A stretch of DNA of 20,000 nucleotides, taken from positions 202,690 to 222,689 of the forward strand of contig BLSG01000337.1 in NCBI GenBank assembly GCA_012862495.1. The letters are read 5' to 3'. This DNA is from Thraustochytrium aureum (lineage: Eukaryota). Below the pieces are notes generated by a model, which was not told the DNA's origin, searched no databases, and worked only from the letters and a program-made list of their open reading frames with translations. Position 1 is the stretch's first letter. Each line of letters opens with the position of its first letter. Both the position numbers and the translations under genes were made by a program. Positions 10,700 through 20,000 of the stretch are shown here, piece by piece.

Positions 10700-13521
10700 C
10701 ATCGGCGAGACGTTTCTGGAAGCGGATGAGCCTGACGGCACCTTGCCACAGAGAAGGCAGCGCCCGAAGACGGAGTTTGCGCTGGTTGACAGCTCTGCCA
10801 GTGCGACGAGCGGCATCGCCGATGGGGCCATCGTGGACCCGCTGGACGCCTTCATGCTGGGTATCGAGCAAGTAGAACAGCGCGGACTCTCCGCGCTGGC
10901 CCCGGACCAGAGCGGTCAGCCGCAATCGGCGAGCGCCGTTCCGGATATCGGAGGATCGATTACGCTTGATGAAATCATGGCTGTTACAGGGCAATCCAAT
11001 TCTCGAACGACTGGCGAACATGGCCCCCAAAACTGGCCTTGAGCCGAGCGAAACCGCGGGATCAGCGGCGACTGCGCAGGCCTCAAACGGGGTAGAAGCC
11101 GAGGACGATGGCGCACTGGTCCGGGAGCTCCTCGAACAGGTTCGGCGCCGCCGCGAGGCTGCCACGCTCACCGAGGCCGCGCTCACCGTGGAGGCGATCG
11201 AGGTGGACGCGGCTGGCAAGGGCGTTGAAGTCGAGATTGCGAAAGGCGGCTCCGCTGAAGACGGTGTTGGGCTGATGACTGGCGACGATGGCGGCCACGA
11301 CGCAATCCTGGAAGCAGAGGCAGCTGCACCGTCTGCCATGGAGATGCTCCGCGACAAACTGCGGCGAAAGGACGTGAAGGCGGTGGACCACAGCCAGGTA
11401 AATTACCGGCCCTTCAGGAAGGACTTTTACGTGGAGGCCCCGGCCGTCGCCGCGCAGACCGACGAGGAGGTCGCAGCAGTCCGCAAGGCACTCGAAATTC
11501 GCGTCCGGGGGGCCAAGCCGTTCTCAAAGCCCAATCCGTGGAATGGTCGCAGAGCGGGTTGAGCGAGCGTATCATGAACGTCTTGCAACGGCGCGGGTGG
11601 GAACGCCCGTTTGCTATCCAGCGCGAAGCGCTACCGGCAATCATGAGCGGCCGAGACGTGATTGGAGTAGCAAAGACGGGGAGTGGCAAGACGCTCGCGT
11701 TCGTGCTCCCGATGTTTCGGCACATCCTCGACCAGCCGGCGCTTGAGCCTGGGGAGGGCCCAATCTCGCTCCTGCTGGCGCCGGCCCGCGAGCTGGCGGT
11801 ACAGATCCACGACGAGATCCGCAAGTTCACCAAGGTGCTCGGGCTGCGCACGGCGTGCTGCTACGGGGGCGTGGGCATCAAGGACCAGATCGCCGCCGTG
11901 CGCCGCGGCGCAGAGATTCTGGTGGGCACGCCCGGCCGGGTGATCGAGCTCCTCTGCACCAACTCCGGCCGACTCTTGTCACTGACTCGCGTTACCTACA
12001 TTGTCCTGGACGAGGCGGACAGAATGTTTGACATGGGGTTCGAGCCCCAGGTGATGCGCATCGTGAACAACACGCGTCCCGACCGCCAGACCGTGCTCTT
12101 TTCCGCCACCTTCCCGCCCTTGGTGGAGCGGGTCGCGCGGGACGTGCTGCAAGAGCGCCCGTTAATCATCGTCGTCGGCGGGCGCACCAAGCCGTCCTCG
12201 TCGATCCACCAGTTCGTTGAGGTGCGCGAGCCCCAGGACAAGTTCCCCCGCCTCCTGCAACTTTTGGGCGAGTGGTACGAGGCGGGCAACATTTTGGTTT
12301 TCGTCAAGAGCCAAGAGACCTGCGACAAACTGTTCCAACAACTCCTGCAAAGCGGGTACCGCTGCCTGTCTCTGCACGGCGGCAAGGACCAGCTCGACCG
12401 AGACTACACCATTCAAGATTTCAAGCAAAAGCGGCAAACGCTGATGGTGGCCACGAGTGTAGCGGGACGCGGGCTCGACGTAGCAGACCTCGTCTTGGTG
12501 GTAAACTACGACGTACCAAACCACCTTGAGGACTATATTCACCGGATCGGCCGCACAGGGCGGGCCGGAAAGGATGGGACCGCGTACACGTTCATATCCT
12601 CGGACGAGGACAAGTACGCGCCAGACCTTGTCAAGGCGCTGCGCGACGCCAAGCAAGAGGTCCCGAAGGAGCTGGAAGACCTCAACGAAGAGTTCCGGGC
12701 AAAGCTCGAGCGCGGCGAGGCAAAGTTCCGCAATTCGGGCTACCGCGGGCACGGATTTACCTTCCAGGACGGCGAGAAAACGGAGGTTGATCGCCAAAAG
12801 GACATCCTCAAGCGCCAACAAGAAGTTTCGCTCGGCTTGCGTGACGTTGCGGACGTGGGCTCCTCCGAGTCCGGACAGCCCGCTTCGGCCGCTGCCGTCA
12901 ACAACAACGGGCTTCCGGAGGATCCTGCCGCCCGAGCGCGGCGCATCGCTGCTAGTTTGGCTGCAGCAGCAGGAAGCGGCGGAGATGCTGGAGGCGCGCG
13001 GCCGGCCTCCACGCCTTCGCAGCCCACGCCGCGCCGCTCGGCGCGGCGGTGTTTTCATTGCCTCTTGGCNNNNNNNNNNNNNNNNNNNNNNNNNNNNNNN
13101 NNNNNNNNNNNNNNNNNNNNNNNNNNNNNNNNNNNNNNNNNNNNNNNNNNNNNNNNNNNNNNNNNNNNNNNNNNNNNNNNNNNNNNNNNNNNNNNNNNNN
13201 NNNNNNNNNNNNNNNATCAACGACTACCCACAGCAAGCGCGCTACCGCGCGACTCACCGCGACACGCTTGGGCGGATCAACGACCTCACTGGCTGCGGCG
13301 TGACTGCCAAGGGCGTCTTCGTGCCTCCAGGCCGGACCGCCAATGTGCAGGCTGGTGAGCGCCCGTTGTACCTGCTAATCGAGGGCTCTTCCGAGTATGA
13401 CGTTTCGCGGGCGGCGAGCGAGGTGGGGCGACTCCTCGAGGAGGCAACGGAGGAGGTCATTCGGCGCGAGGGCGCCAGCCGCGTTGGCGGCGGCGGCGGT
13501 GGCCGCTACAACGTCCTATAG
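10700..13521 (+). CDS. DDX46: DEAD-box ATP-dependent RNA helicase DDX46/Prp5 (RH42-like), a pre-mRNA splicing factor. N-terminus is lost in or before the gap 10515-10699. Reconstructed across two frame breaks (~10980-11040 and ~11530) and one gap.
   Basis: Prp5-specific DPLDAFM motif and VDHSQVNYRPFRKDFYVE segment. Helicase motifs: Q motif FAIQREA, I AKTGSGKT, Ia APARELAVQI, Ib TPGR, II DEAD, III SAT, V SVAGRGLD, VI HRIGRTGRAG. Also GYRGHGFTF and the C-terminal KH-like domain INDYPQQARY...ERPLYLLIEG...GRYNVL followed by a stop. Confidence 0.95.
13070..13215. other. Assembly gap (N run) inside DDX46
   Basis: 146 N, located before the C-terminal INDYPQ domain. Confidence 0.95.
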
Positions 13522-14082
13522 CCCAACTCGATTGCTTTAGCCAAAACGAGTCTTGTCGACCGACGCTCCGCGAAGGCACATTGCAAATCCCCTCCTTCGT
13601 TCCTATGCAGTTGCGCGGAGCCGGTGTATCCGTTACATGGCCTCGTGGCGCAGCCCAATGGCAATCCCCAGTCCTTCCAATCCGCCGGCAAATCAACGAG
13701 CGAGCAGCTCATTCCGCCTGGGTTGCCTTTCGAGCATTCCACCGGCGCCGAGGGAAGTGGGCGCAGCTCGGCTCCGTGGCGGTGCCTTGCCCTGGCTCGA
13801 GCTCAGTCCATACGCGATTCTTCGGCTTATGAAATTGACCCAATTCCGATTCCCAGCGTTATGTGGCCAATTTATGCATTGCATTCGCATCCTTCGAACG
13901 CCGCGAAGGCGCGAAAATGCGCATCGTTCGAGTCCGCGCGGGGCCCTGGCGCCCGGCGGCCGGAAGGAAAGGCTGCGCTGCTGGACGCGAAGGTCAGCGC
14001 CGAGACGGCAGACCGTATCCAATTAAAAAACGACGCGTGCGGTGTTTGAGACGCAGAGCCCGGCCCTCGACGGCTTCCGCGT

Positions 14083-14129
14083 GCGCCACGAGCAGAGCGC
14101 CACGAGCAGAGCGCCACGAGCAGAGCGCC
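14083..14129 (+). repeat. Perfect 14-bp tandem repeat (GCGCCACGAGCAGA) x3 plus a partial copy
   Basis: Units at 14083-14096, 14097-14110 and 14111-14124, then GCGCC at 14125-14129. Confidence 0.95.
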
Positions 14130-14195
14130 TGCGAGGCGCTCGAAGCGCACCCGCCGGGTTCGCTCAAGGATTGCGGGCAGGCTCTGCGAGTGATT

Positions 14196-14217
14196 GAGCG
14201 AGCGAGCGAGCGAGCGA
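14196..14217 (+). repeat. (GAGC)5 microsatellite upstream of the TPR gene
   Basis: gagcgagcgagcgagcgagcga read directly from the sequence. Confidence 0.9.
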
Positions 14218-14324
14218 AAGTCGCGGCAGTTTTGCCTGAGCAGCGCGCGACCGCCCGCACCGGCGGTTGCGCGGTTGTGGCTTGGCGGTCGAGAAAGTGA
14301 GCGCGCTCTGCTTCGTCACACAGG

Positions 14325-16409
14325 ATGGGCGGCGCGGCGAGTCAACAAGTAAACGCTTTGCTCGCGAATGCAGAAAATATTGACAAGCTCGTTGTCGAAG
14401 CCACGGCCGCGGCCGCTGCTCTGGACGAGGCCGGCGAAAGCACCAGCAAGCTCGAGCAGCTCGCAGACGCGCTCCACAACGCCGGTCGCGCGCTTGAAAC
14501 AAGCGGCAGCAAGAGCAAAGCGGTCGAGCTACTGCGCAAGGCATACGAGCTGTACGTCAGCGCCTGCGGGGAGGAGAGCGCCAAGGCGGTCAAGACGCTC
14601 TCAAGGCTTGCTGGCATTCTGCGCAGCTCTGGAGACTTCTGCGGGGCAATCGAGGTCTACTCGCAAGCTTTGGAGCTCAAGCGAAGGGCGCTGGGCGAGA
14701 TCCATACTTCGGTTGGCGACACTCTCTCCAGCCTGGCAGTGACGCATCAAAAGCTCCACAACCTCGGCCAGGCGCAAGCCCACCACGAGCTCGCCCTTCA
14801 GGTCTACCTGGAATGCGGCGAAGTGTCCAAGGCGGCAGTGACAAATAAGCTGCTCGCAGGGGTCTTGCAGCAAAAGCGCGACTATGTGGAGGCCCTTGCT
14901 GCCTACGAGCGCGCACTGTCGATCCTTCGCTCCGAGGGCAAGCCTGTTGCAAGCCTGCTGTGCAACATGGCCCTGATCTGCACCGCAACTGGTCGCCTCG
15001 ACGCAGCCTTGCAGCTCTACGACGAGGCGCTATCGCTGCAGCAAAGCAGCGAAAGCGCGCCGTCGAGCCGCAGGACGGCGCAGCTGTTAAAGATGAAGGC
15101 GCTGGTGCACGAAAAGCGCGGGGACCTCGAGGCGGCGCAAGAAACATTCCAGAATGCACTCGCTGTGGGGCAAGAGTCGCTTGGCGAGGCGGAGCAGGCT
15201 GCTCTATTGCAAAACATCGCCCTAGTCTGCAGCGCCCGCGGCATGTGGGCGCAGGCGGCGCAGCATTACGGAGAGGTCCTTCGTATTCAAGTGCGATTGC
15301 TCGGCCCGGACCATCCGAGACTAGCCAAGTTGCTCAACGCGCTCGCACTTGCGCACCAGCAGAGTGGCGACCACACGGCGGCGCTAGAACAGTACGAAGA
15401 GTCGCTGCGCATCAAGCGGCTAGCGCTGGGGGACTCACATGAGGCTGTTGCAGATACCTTGGTTGTTTTGGCTGTCATGCACCAGAGTCACGGCGACCTA
15501 GACAGGGCGCTGGAAATGCTGCGCGAGGCCGTCGCCTCCCAGCGCCAGCTCGCTGCAGCCGCCGAGTTGTCACGTCCCCAGGCGCGCACGCTCAGGTCGA
15601 GCACAAGCGAAGGCAACCTCTTCGCACAGCGAGCTAGCGGCCGGCCCGGCTCTTGCGGCGAGCTTGGGCCGCACCGGGCTCGCATGGTGGCAACACTCAC
15701 GCGGTCCGCTACGTTGGGCGCACTAAATCGGCAATCTGAGCCGTTTCGACGGCTTGCCAAGACTCTCGGCGTCCAGGCTGTCGTCCTCGAAAAGCTTGGG
15801 GACCTCGAGGCGGCGAAGGAGGCTCACGAAGAGGCCCTGGGAATCAAGGAGGCGCAGGACGAGACCAGCGAAGCGTCCCAGTTGTCGATCGCCAACTCGG
15901 CCAACAACCTCGGGCGGCTGTGCACGAAGCTGAAACTGCTCAAGCAAGCGAAGGCCCACTTGGCGCGAGCCCTAAGAATTCGCAGAGGGTGCCTCGGGAA
16001 CCACCTTAGTGTGGCCGAGACCCTGCACTGCCAGGCTGCTGTGCTGCAACAAATGGGGAATACGCAGGGCGCGCTTGAGCTGTACGCCGAGTCTCTCGAG
16101 CTGAAGCTCAAACAGTCGGGTCCCTCCCAAAGCGCTGGCGAGACGCTTCTCAATATGTCTTTTATTCACGACAACCCCGTCGCAGCCATGACCCTGGCAA
16201 AAGACGCGCTGTCGATCTTCAACAAGTCGCTCAGCAAGGACCACGAGTACGTCAAGTCTGCTGAGCGCCGTCTCGCCGAGCTAGGCGACGGCACGACGAG
16301 CAAGAAGCCAGTTCCAGCCCTCGCTGAACAGCGCGCGCCTCGGTCCAAGCCGGTCCGCGAGAGTGAGCGGCACGAACAGGACTTCCTTAGGGATGTTCGC
16401 ATCCAGTGA
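14325..16409 (+). CDS. Tetratricopeptide-repeat protein, kinesin light chain / nephrocystin-3-like (TPR_12-type ~42-aa repeats), 694 aa
   Basis: Uninterrupted ATG-to-TGA ORF with repeats such as AIEVYSQALELKRRALGEIHTSVGDTLSSLA, AAQHYGEVLRIQVRLLGPDHPRLAKLLNALA, ALEQYEESLRIKRLALGDSHEAVADTLVVLA and AKAHLARALRIRRGCLGNHLSVAETLHCQA. Confidence 0.9.
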   Translation: MGGAASQQVNALLANAENIDKLVVEATAAAAALDEAGESTSKLEQLADALHNAGRALETSGSKSKAVELLRKAYELYVSACGEESAKAVKTLSRLAGILRSSGDFCGAIEVYSQALELKRRALGEIHTSVGDTLSSLAVTHQKLHNLGQAQAHHELALQVYLECGEVSKAAVTNKLLAGVLQQKRDYVEALAAYERALSILRSEGKPVASLLCNMALICTATGRLDAALQLYDEALSLQQSSESAPSSRRTAQLLKMKALVHEKRGDLEAAQETFQNALAVGQESLGEAEQAALLQNIALVCSARGMWAQAAQHYGEVLRIQVRLLGPDHPRLAKLLNALALAHQQSGDHTAALEQYEESLRIKRLALGDSHEAVADTLVVLAVMHQSHGDLDRALEMLREAVASQRQLAAAAELSRPQARTLRSSTSEGNLFAQRASGRPGSCGELGPHRARMVATLTRSATLGALNRQSEPFRRLAKTLGVQAVVLEKLGDLEAAKEAHEEALGIKEAQDETSEASQLSIANSANNLGRLCTKLKLLKQAKAHLARALRIRRGCLGNHLSVAETLHCQAAVLQQMGNTQGALELYAESLELKLKQSGPSQSAGETLLNMSFIHDNPVAAMTLAKDALSIFNKSLSKDHEYVKSAERRLAELGDGTTSKKPVPALAEQRAPRSKPVRESERHEQDFLRDVRIQ

Positions 16410-16647
16410 GGAATTTGCTCGCCGCCGGCCGCGCGACGGGCATGACCCGAGGTGACGTAGTCGACTTGGAGCTCGCAACGATTTGCTCGGTCTCCAACTA
16501 GGGAAAGCTAGCTGCAGTTTTGGGGATCAAAGTATTTGTTCATGCCACTTGCGAGCGCATACCGGCAGGAGGAAGGAACGATCAGGCGTGTTTGCTGGAC
16601 TCTCACTCGAGTTTGGTGTACTCTGTTGCTTCTGGAACCGCTCCTTG

Positions 16648-19600
16648 CTAAAACATCCCGCCAAACAGCTGGCCTGTCGAGTTGGACACCCCAAGCTCCT
16701 TGAAGACGGTTTGCACAATCTCTTTCGTCATGGAGCGATCCAAGGTCAAGCAGTTGACCAGCACTGTGACCACGAGGCTGCGCTCCGGCACAATCACGAG
16801 CAGCGAGCCACCAAAGGCGTGATGGCAAAGCACAAACTCCTTGGTGTCCTCGAGCTCGTAGACCTGGAACCCATAGCTCCACCGCCAGTCTCCAAAGAGC
16901 GGGCTCGTCTCGCTTGTCAATGACGTTGTGGCAAGCCTCGTGAGAAGCCGCTTCGAGAACGAACGAAAGCACGCCTTGTGCGCCAGCTCAGCGAGCGCGC
17001 GCGCGGTCCCAAACCCACCGAACGAGGGGACAACGCTGGATCGCACAGCAGTGCTGTTCACGCAGCACGGATCCAGCATGACGCCCGGGGGAAGCTTGAG
17101 CGCCGAAAGCCCAGTTGGCGCCGGTTCGGCAGCGGGTGCTGGGGCCTGCTTCTTCTTCGGCCGCGGAGCGGCAGCCTCAGGCGTCACCAAATGGCTGGGT
17201 TGGGGATGATCTGAAGTCTTGCTGCCTTTGGGCGCTTTCAGCGCTGGAGCTCGCTCGTTCGTGACTGGGGAGATAGAGCTGGTGTCCGACGCAGAAACGG
17301 GGGCCACCTGCGTCGAGTCTTCACGGTCGGGCTCCTCACCATCCTTCCCACCTTGCATCAGAAGGGCAGGAGGGGCTTGGCCGCCCATCACAAACCCGCG
17401 GATCGTCTTGGCAAACCCGTTGGACGCCGCTGCAAGGTCCGAGGAGCGGGAGGCTGGGACTGACGATGCGCTAAGAAAGAGGCCCTCCTCGAGTCCGAGC
17501 GGCTCGAGGAGCTCCTCGAGGATGATCTCCTCGATGCTCTCCTTGCCGTAAAGCCGGGTGAGGAGGCCCGCCAGGACGTACCCAAACGAGAAGACTTGGT
17601 ACTTGGCCTGCTTGGCCTTGACGCCCACCACGAAACTCGGCTCTGCAGACTCGAAGCGGGCCTCCAATCTGGCGCCATCGCGAAGCGCAGGTGCTACCGT
17701 TGTGGGCGGGACCAAGTCGTCCAGGGTCGCCGCATGCGAGAGGACGTCGGCTAGAGTAGCCTTCGGATCGTAAAACTCTGGCCAGTGCTCCGTCACGCGG
17801 TCTGAAAAGTTGACCTTCCCCGCGTCTTGCAGCTTGAGGAGGAGCAGCGTCGGGAGAATCCGCGTCAAATCGAGCAGCGGGAACAGGGTCGCCCCAGATA
17901 CGAGGCGCGGACCTAGTTCGTCCTGCACACCGGCGCAGCAGTCGAGGACCACGCTGCCCTTGGAGACAACGCAGACCTGCGCCCCGACAAAGTCGTCGAT
18001 GACAAAGCCTTCCTCCACCAAGCCCGGCGGCGCGGCCTCGGTCTGGCCCGCTTTGCTGAAGCGCGCGAGCAATCGCGCCACCTTTGACTCCAGCGCTAGC
18101 TCGGCCGTGGTTTGCTTTGATACGGCCTTGCGCGAGGACTGGGCTTTGGAAGGCGAGGGAGTTGCAGGGGCCGGCGACCTTGGCGCGAGCGGCCTCGGTG
18201 GCGACTTGCCCGGCGTGGCGGGCTGAGCGGTGCGTAACGTGGACGATTGGTCTGCAGCAGCGCTCAAACGCTCGTGCACGAGGCCAAGACGCGCATAGTC
18301 GCCCATGATCTCGATGTAGCTGATCGGGGCATCCAGCGTCGTGCAGAGGCCGCGGATGAGCCCGAGCACGCGAAACAGGAAAATCAGCGAGTCTGGGAAG
18401 CTCGGAAAAAAACGGCCTTCCTTGTCNNNNNNNNNNNNNNNNNNNNNNNNNNNNNNNNNNNNNNNNNNNNNNNNNNNNNNNNNNNNNNNNNNNNNNNNNN
18501 NNNNNNNNNNNNNNNNNNNNNNNNNNNNNNNNNNNNNNNNNNNNNNNNNNNNNNNNNNNNNNNNNNNNNNNNNNNNNNNNNNNNNNNNNNNNNNNNNNNN
18601 NNNNNNNNNNNNNNNNNNNNNNNNNNNNNNNNNNNNNNNNNNNNNNNNNNNNNNNNNNNNNNNNNNNNNNNNNNNNNNNNNNNNNNNNNNNNNNNNNNNN
18701 NNNNNNNNNNNNNNNNNNNNNNNNNNNNNNGGTCTTCCTTGCGTTGCGCTTTGCGGCGCTTCTGAAAAGAAGCCTGCGCCGCGCGCTGCGACTTGCGGTC
18801 GCCCGTGTCGCGCAGCAGAAAGGAGAAAAACTCGAGGTCCCTCTCAGGGTGGTCGTCGCTCTGCGAGTTTTTGTACCCGACTCGTGCGATAGCCTCGCTC
18901 ACGCCCGAGATGCTTAGGCCGGAAATCGCGTGCACGAGCTCGCAGTAGCCCAAGCGCTGCTCTGTCGGGATGGTTACGACCATTCCAAAGTCCAGCAGGA
19001 TAGGCCTTGCCGTGCCTTCATCGGAGATAGACACCATGATGTTGCCTGGGTGGGGGTCGGCGTTGAAGAGGCCATCAACATAGAGTTGGTTCGAGTAGGC
19101 GTGCACAACTCGCTTGACGAGCGCGCAGCGGTCAACGGCGAATAGGTCGAGCTGGTCCACGTCGGTTATCTTGAACCCGTGAATGAAGGTCATGCAGAAG
19201 GCGCGCTTGGACACGAAAGCATGGACCGGCTTTGGAACTAGAACCTGACTGTCCGGGCACAGAGAGTCTGCGTAGTCAAAGTCGTCGTCAGCAAGCAATC
19301 CCGCGCGGCGCAGGTTTGCCCGCACGTTGTGGAGGTTTTCCGCCTCGACGCGAAAGTCGAGCTCTTTGAGCATCTCGCTCTCCCAAGCACGGAGCAAGGT
19401 GAAGGCGATCTCGAACCGCGGGTTGAGCCAGGCGATGAAACGCACGATGCGGCGAAACGCAACGACGTCCGAAAGCATAATCTCCACGATTCCTTCGTGT
19501 TGCACCTTGACTGCGACAGGGAGCTCGTCTTCGACGAACGAGCCGATTTCGCCAGGCCGCGCTTTGGGGCAGATGCCCGCTCGCAGCACGCCTCGGTGCA

Positions 19601-20000
19601 CCTGCGCGACGCTGGCGCTGGCCATGGGCTCGAACTCAAAAGATTCGAAGATCTCGCTGACTGGGTGGCCAAACTCTTGCTCCAGGCATCGCTCGACGTA
19701 TTCGGGCGAGTCTGCGGGCATGTCGTCTTGCAGCTTTGCGAGAACTTTGCCCCAGTGAGGGGGGATGATGTCGGCGCGGCTCCCGATGTACTGGCCAAAC
19801 TTGACGAACACGGAGCGCAGCGCAAGGATCTGGTTGCACACGAAGGGAGCCATGACGCGATCGAGCGACTCGAACACGGGCGTGGATAATGCGTCCGACA
19901 TGCCCAGGGCGCGTTTGCAGACAAGGTGGACCGCGTAGTAGGCCAAAATGACCGCGGCGGCAGTCCCGTAGATGTGCAAAAGCCGGCCGAACAGACGCAC
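16648..20000 (-). CDS. ABC1/UbiB (ADCK/aarF) atypical kinase fused to a C-terminal serine beta-lactamase/PBP-fold domain. Start lies beyond the window edge; the gene spans the gap 18427-18730.
   Basis: N-terminal ORF has the UbiB motifs FVKFGQY, ASASVAQVHRG, VAVKVQH, ELDFRVEAEN, FNADPHPGN and LLDFGM. After the gap the frame reads DKEGRFFPSFPDSLIFLFRVLGLIRGLC, the end of the ABC1 domain. It then shows beta-lactamase-family segments GAQVCVVSKGSVVLDCCAG, DRVTEHWPEF, TLADVLSH, YQVFSFGYVLAG, GTARALA and HHAFGGSLLVIVPERSLVV. This architecture is known from plant ABC1K-beta-lactamase fusions. Confidence 0.9.
18427..18730. other. Assembly gap (N run) inside the ABC1-beta-lactamase gene
   Basis: 304 N. 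Confidence 0.95.

Noticed and set aside
1899..11562. A genome-wide Euplotes-like stop-codon frameshifting system
   Set aside because: Only one break ends in AAA-TAA, and the four contexts share no motif. At ~11530 conserved residues in the new frame precede the old stop, and the GC-rich standard-code sequence is unlike euplotids.
1..13521. Pseudogene status for the ASH gene and DDX46
   Set aside because: Kilobases of open frame and intact catalytic motifs lie between the few breaks. DDX46 is essential, and the breaks are repairable by 1-2 base homopolymer changes.
14083..14129. CRISPR-like array
   Set aside because: Head-to-tail 14-bp units with no spacers, no cas genes and a eukaryotic context.
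13553..14300. ORFs 13553-14026, 13624-14049 and 13863-14300 between DDX46 and the TPR gene
   Set aside because: No domain signal, and ORFs of this length are expected by chance at this GC content; the last one overlaps tandem repeats.
16648..18369. Stand-alone or horizontally acquired antibiotic-resistance beta-lactamase
   Set aside because: The frame continues upstream into the C-terminal part of the ABC1 kinase domain, the fusion is a known eukaryotic architecture, and the catalytic Ser/Lys are absent.

Overview
GC-rich (roughly 60%) eukaryotic DNA with long, apparently intron-free or intron-poor reading frames and five N-gaps (846-1030, 5080-5224, 10515-10699, 13070-13215, 18427-18730). 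It looks like a draft scaffold of a flagellated protist; a stramenopile such as a labyrinthulomycete is my guess, not something the sequence proves. There are four protein-coding genes. (1) A giant 5'-truncated protein (about 3000 codons in the window) built from about 18 ASH/Hydin-type Ig-like repeats, + strand, <1-9453. (2) The spliceosomal DEAD-box helicase DDX46/Prp5, + strand, <=10700-13521. (3) A kinesin-light-chain/NPHP3-like TPR protein with an N-myristoylation motif, + strand, 14325-16409. (4) An ABC1/UbiB atypical kinase fused to a serine beta-lactamase-fold domain whose catalytic SxxK reads DLTR, - strand, 16648->20000. Four frame breaks occur in gap-free sequence, two in gene 1 and two in DDX46; these are most likely homopolymer indel errors. 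A stem-rich segment next to an A-tract at 10345-10514 may be an unannotated minus-strand ncRNA. No mobile element, CRISPR array, tRNA or rRNA was seen.
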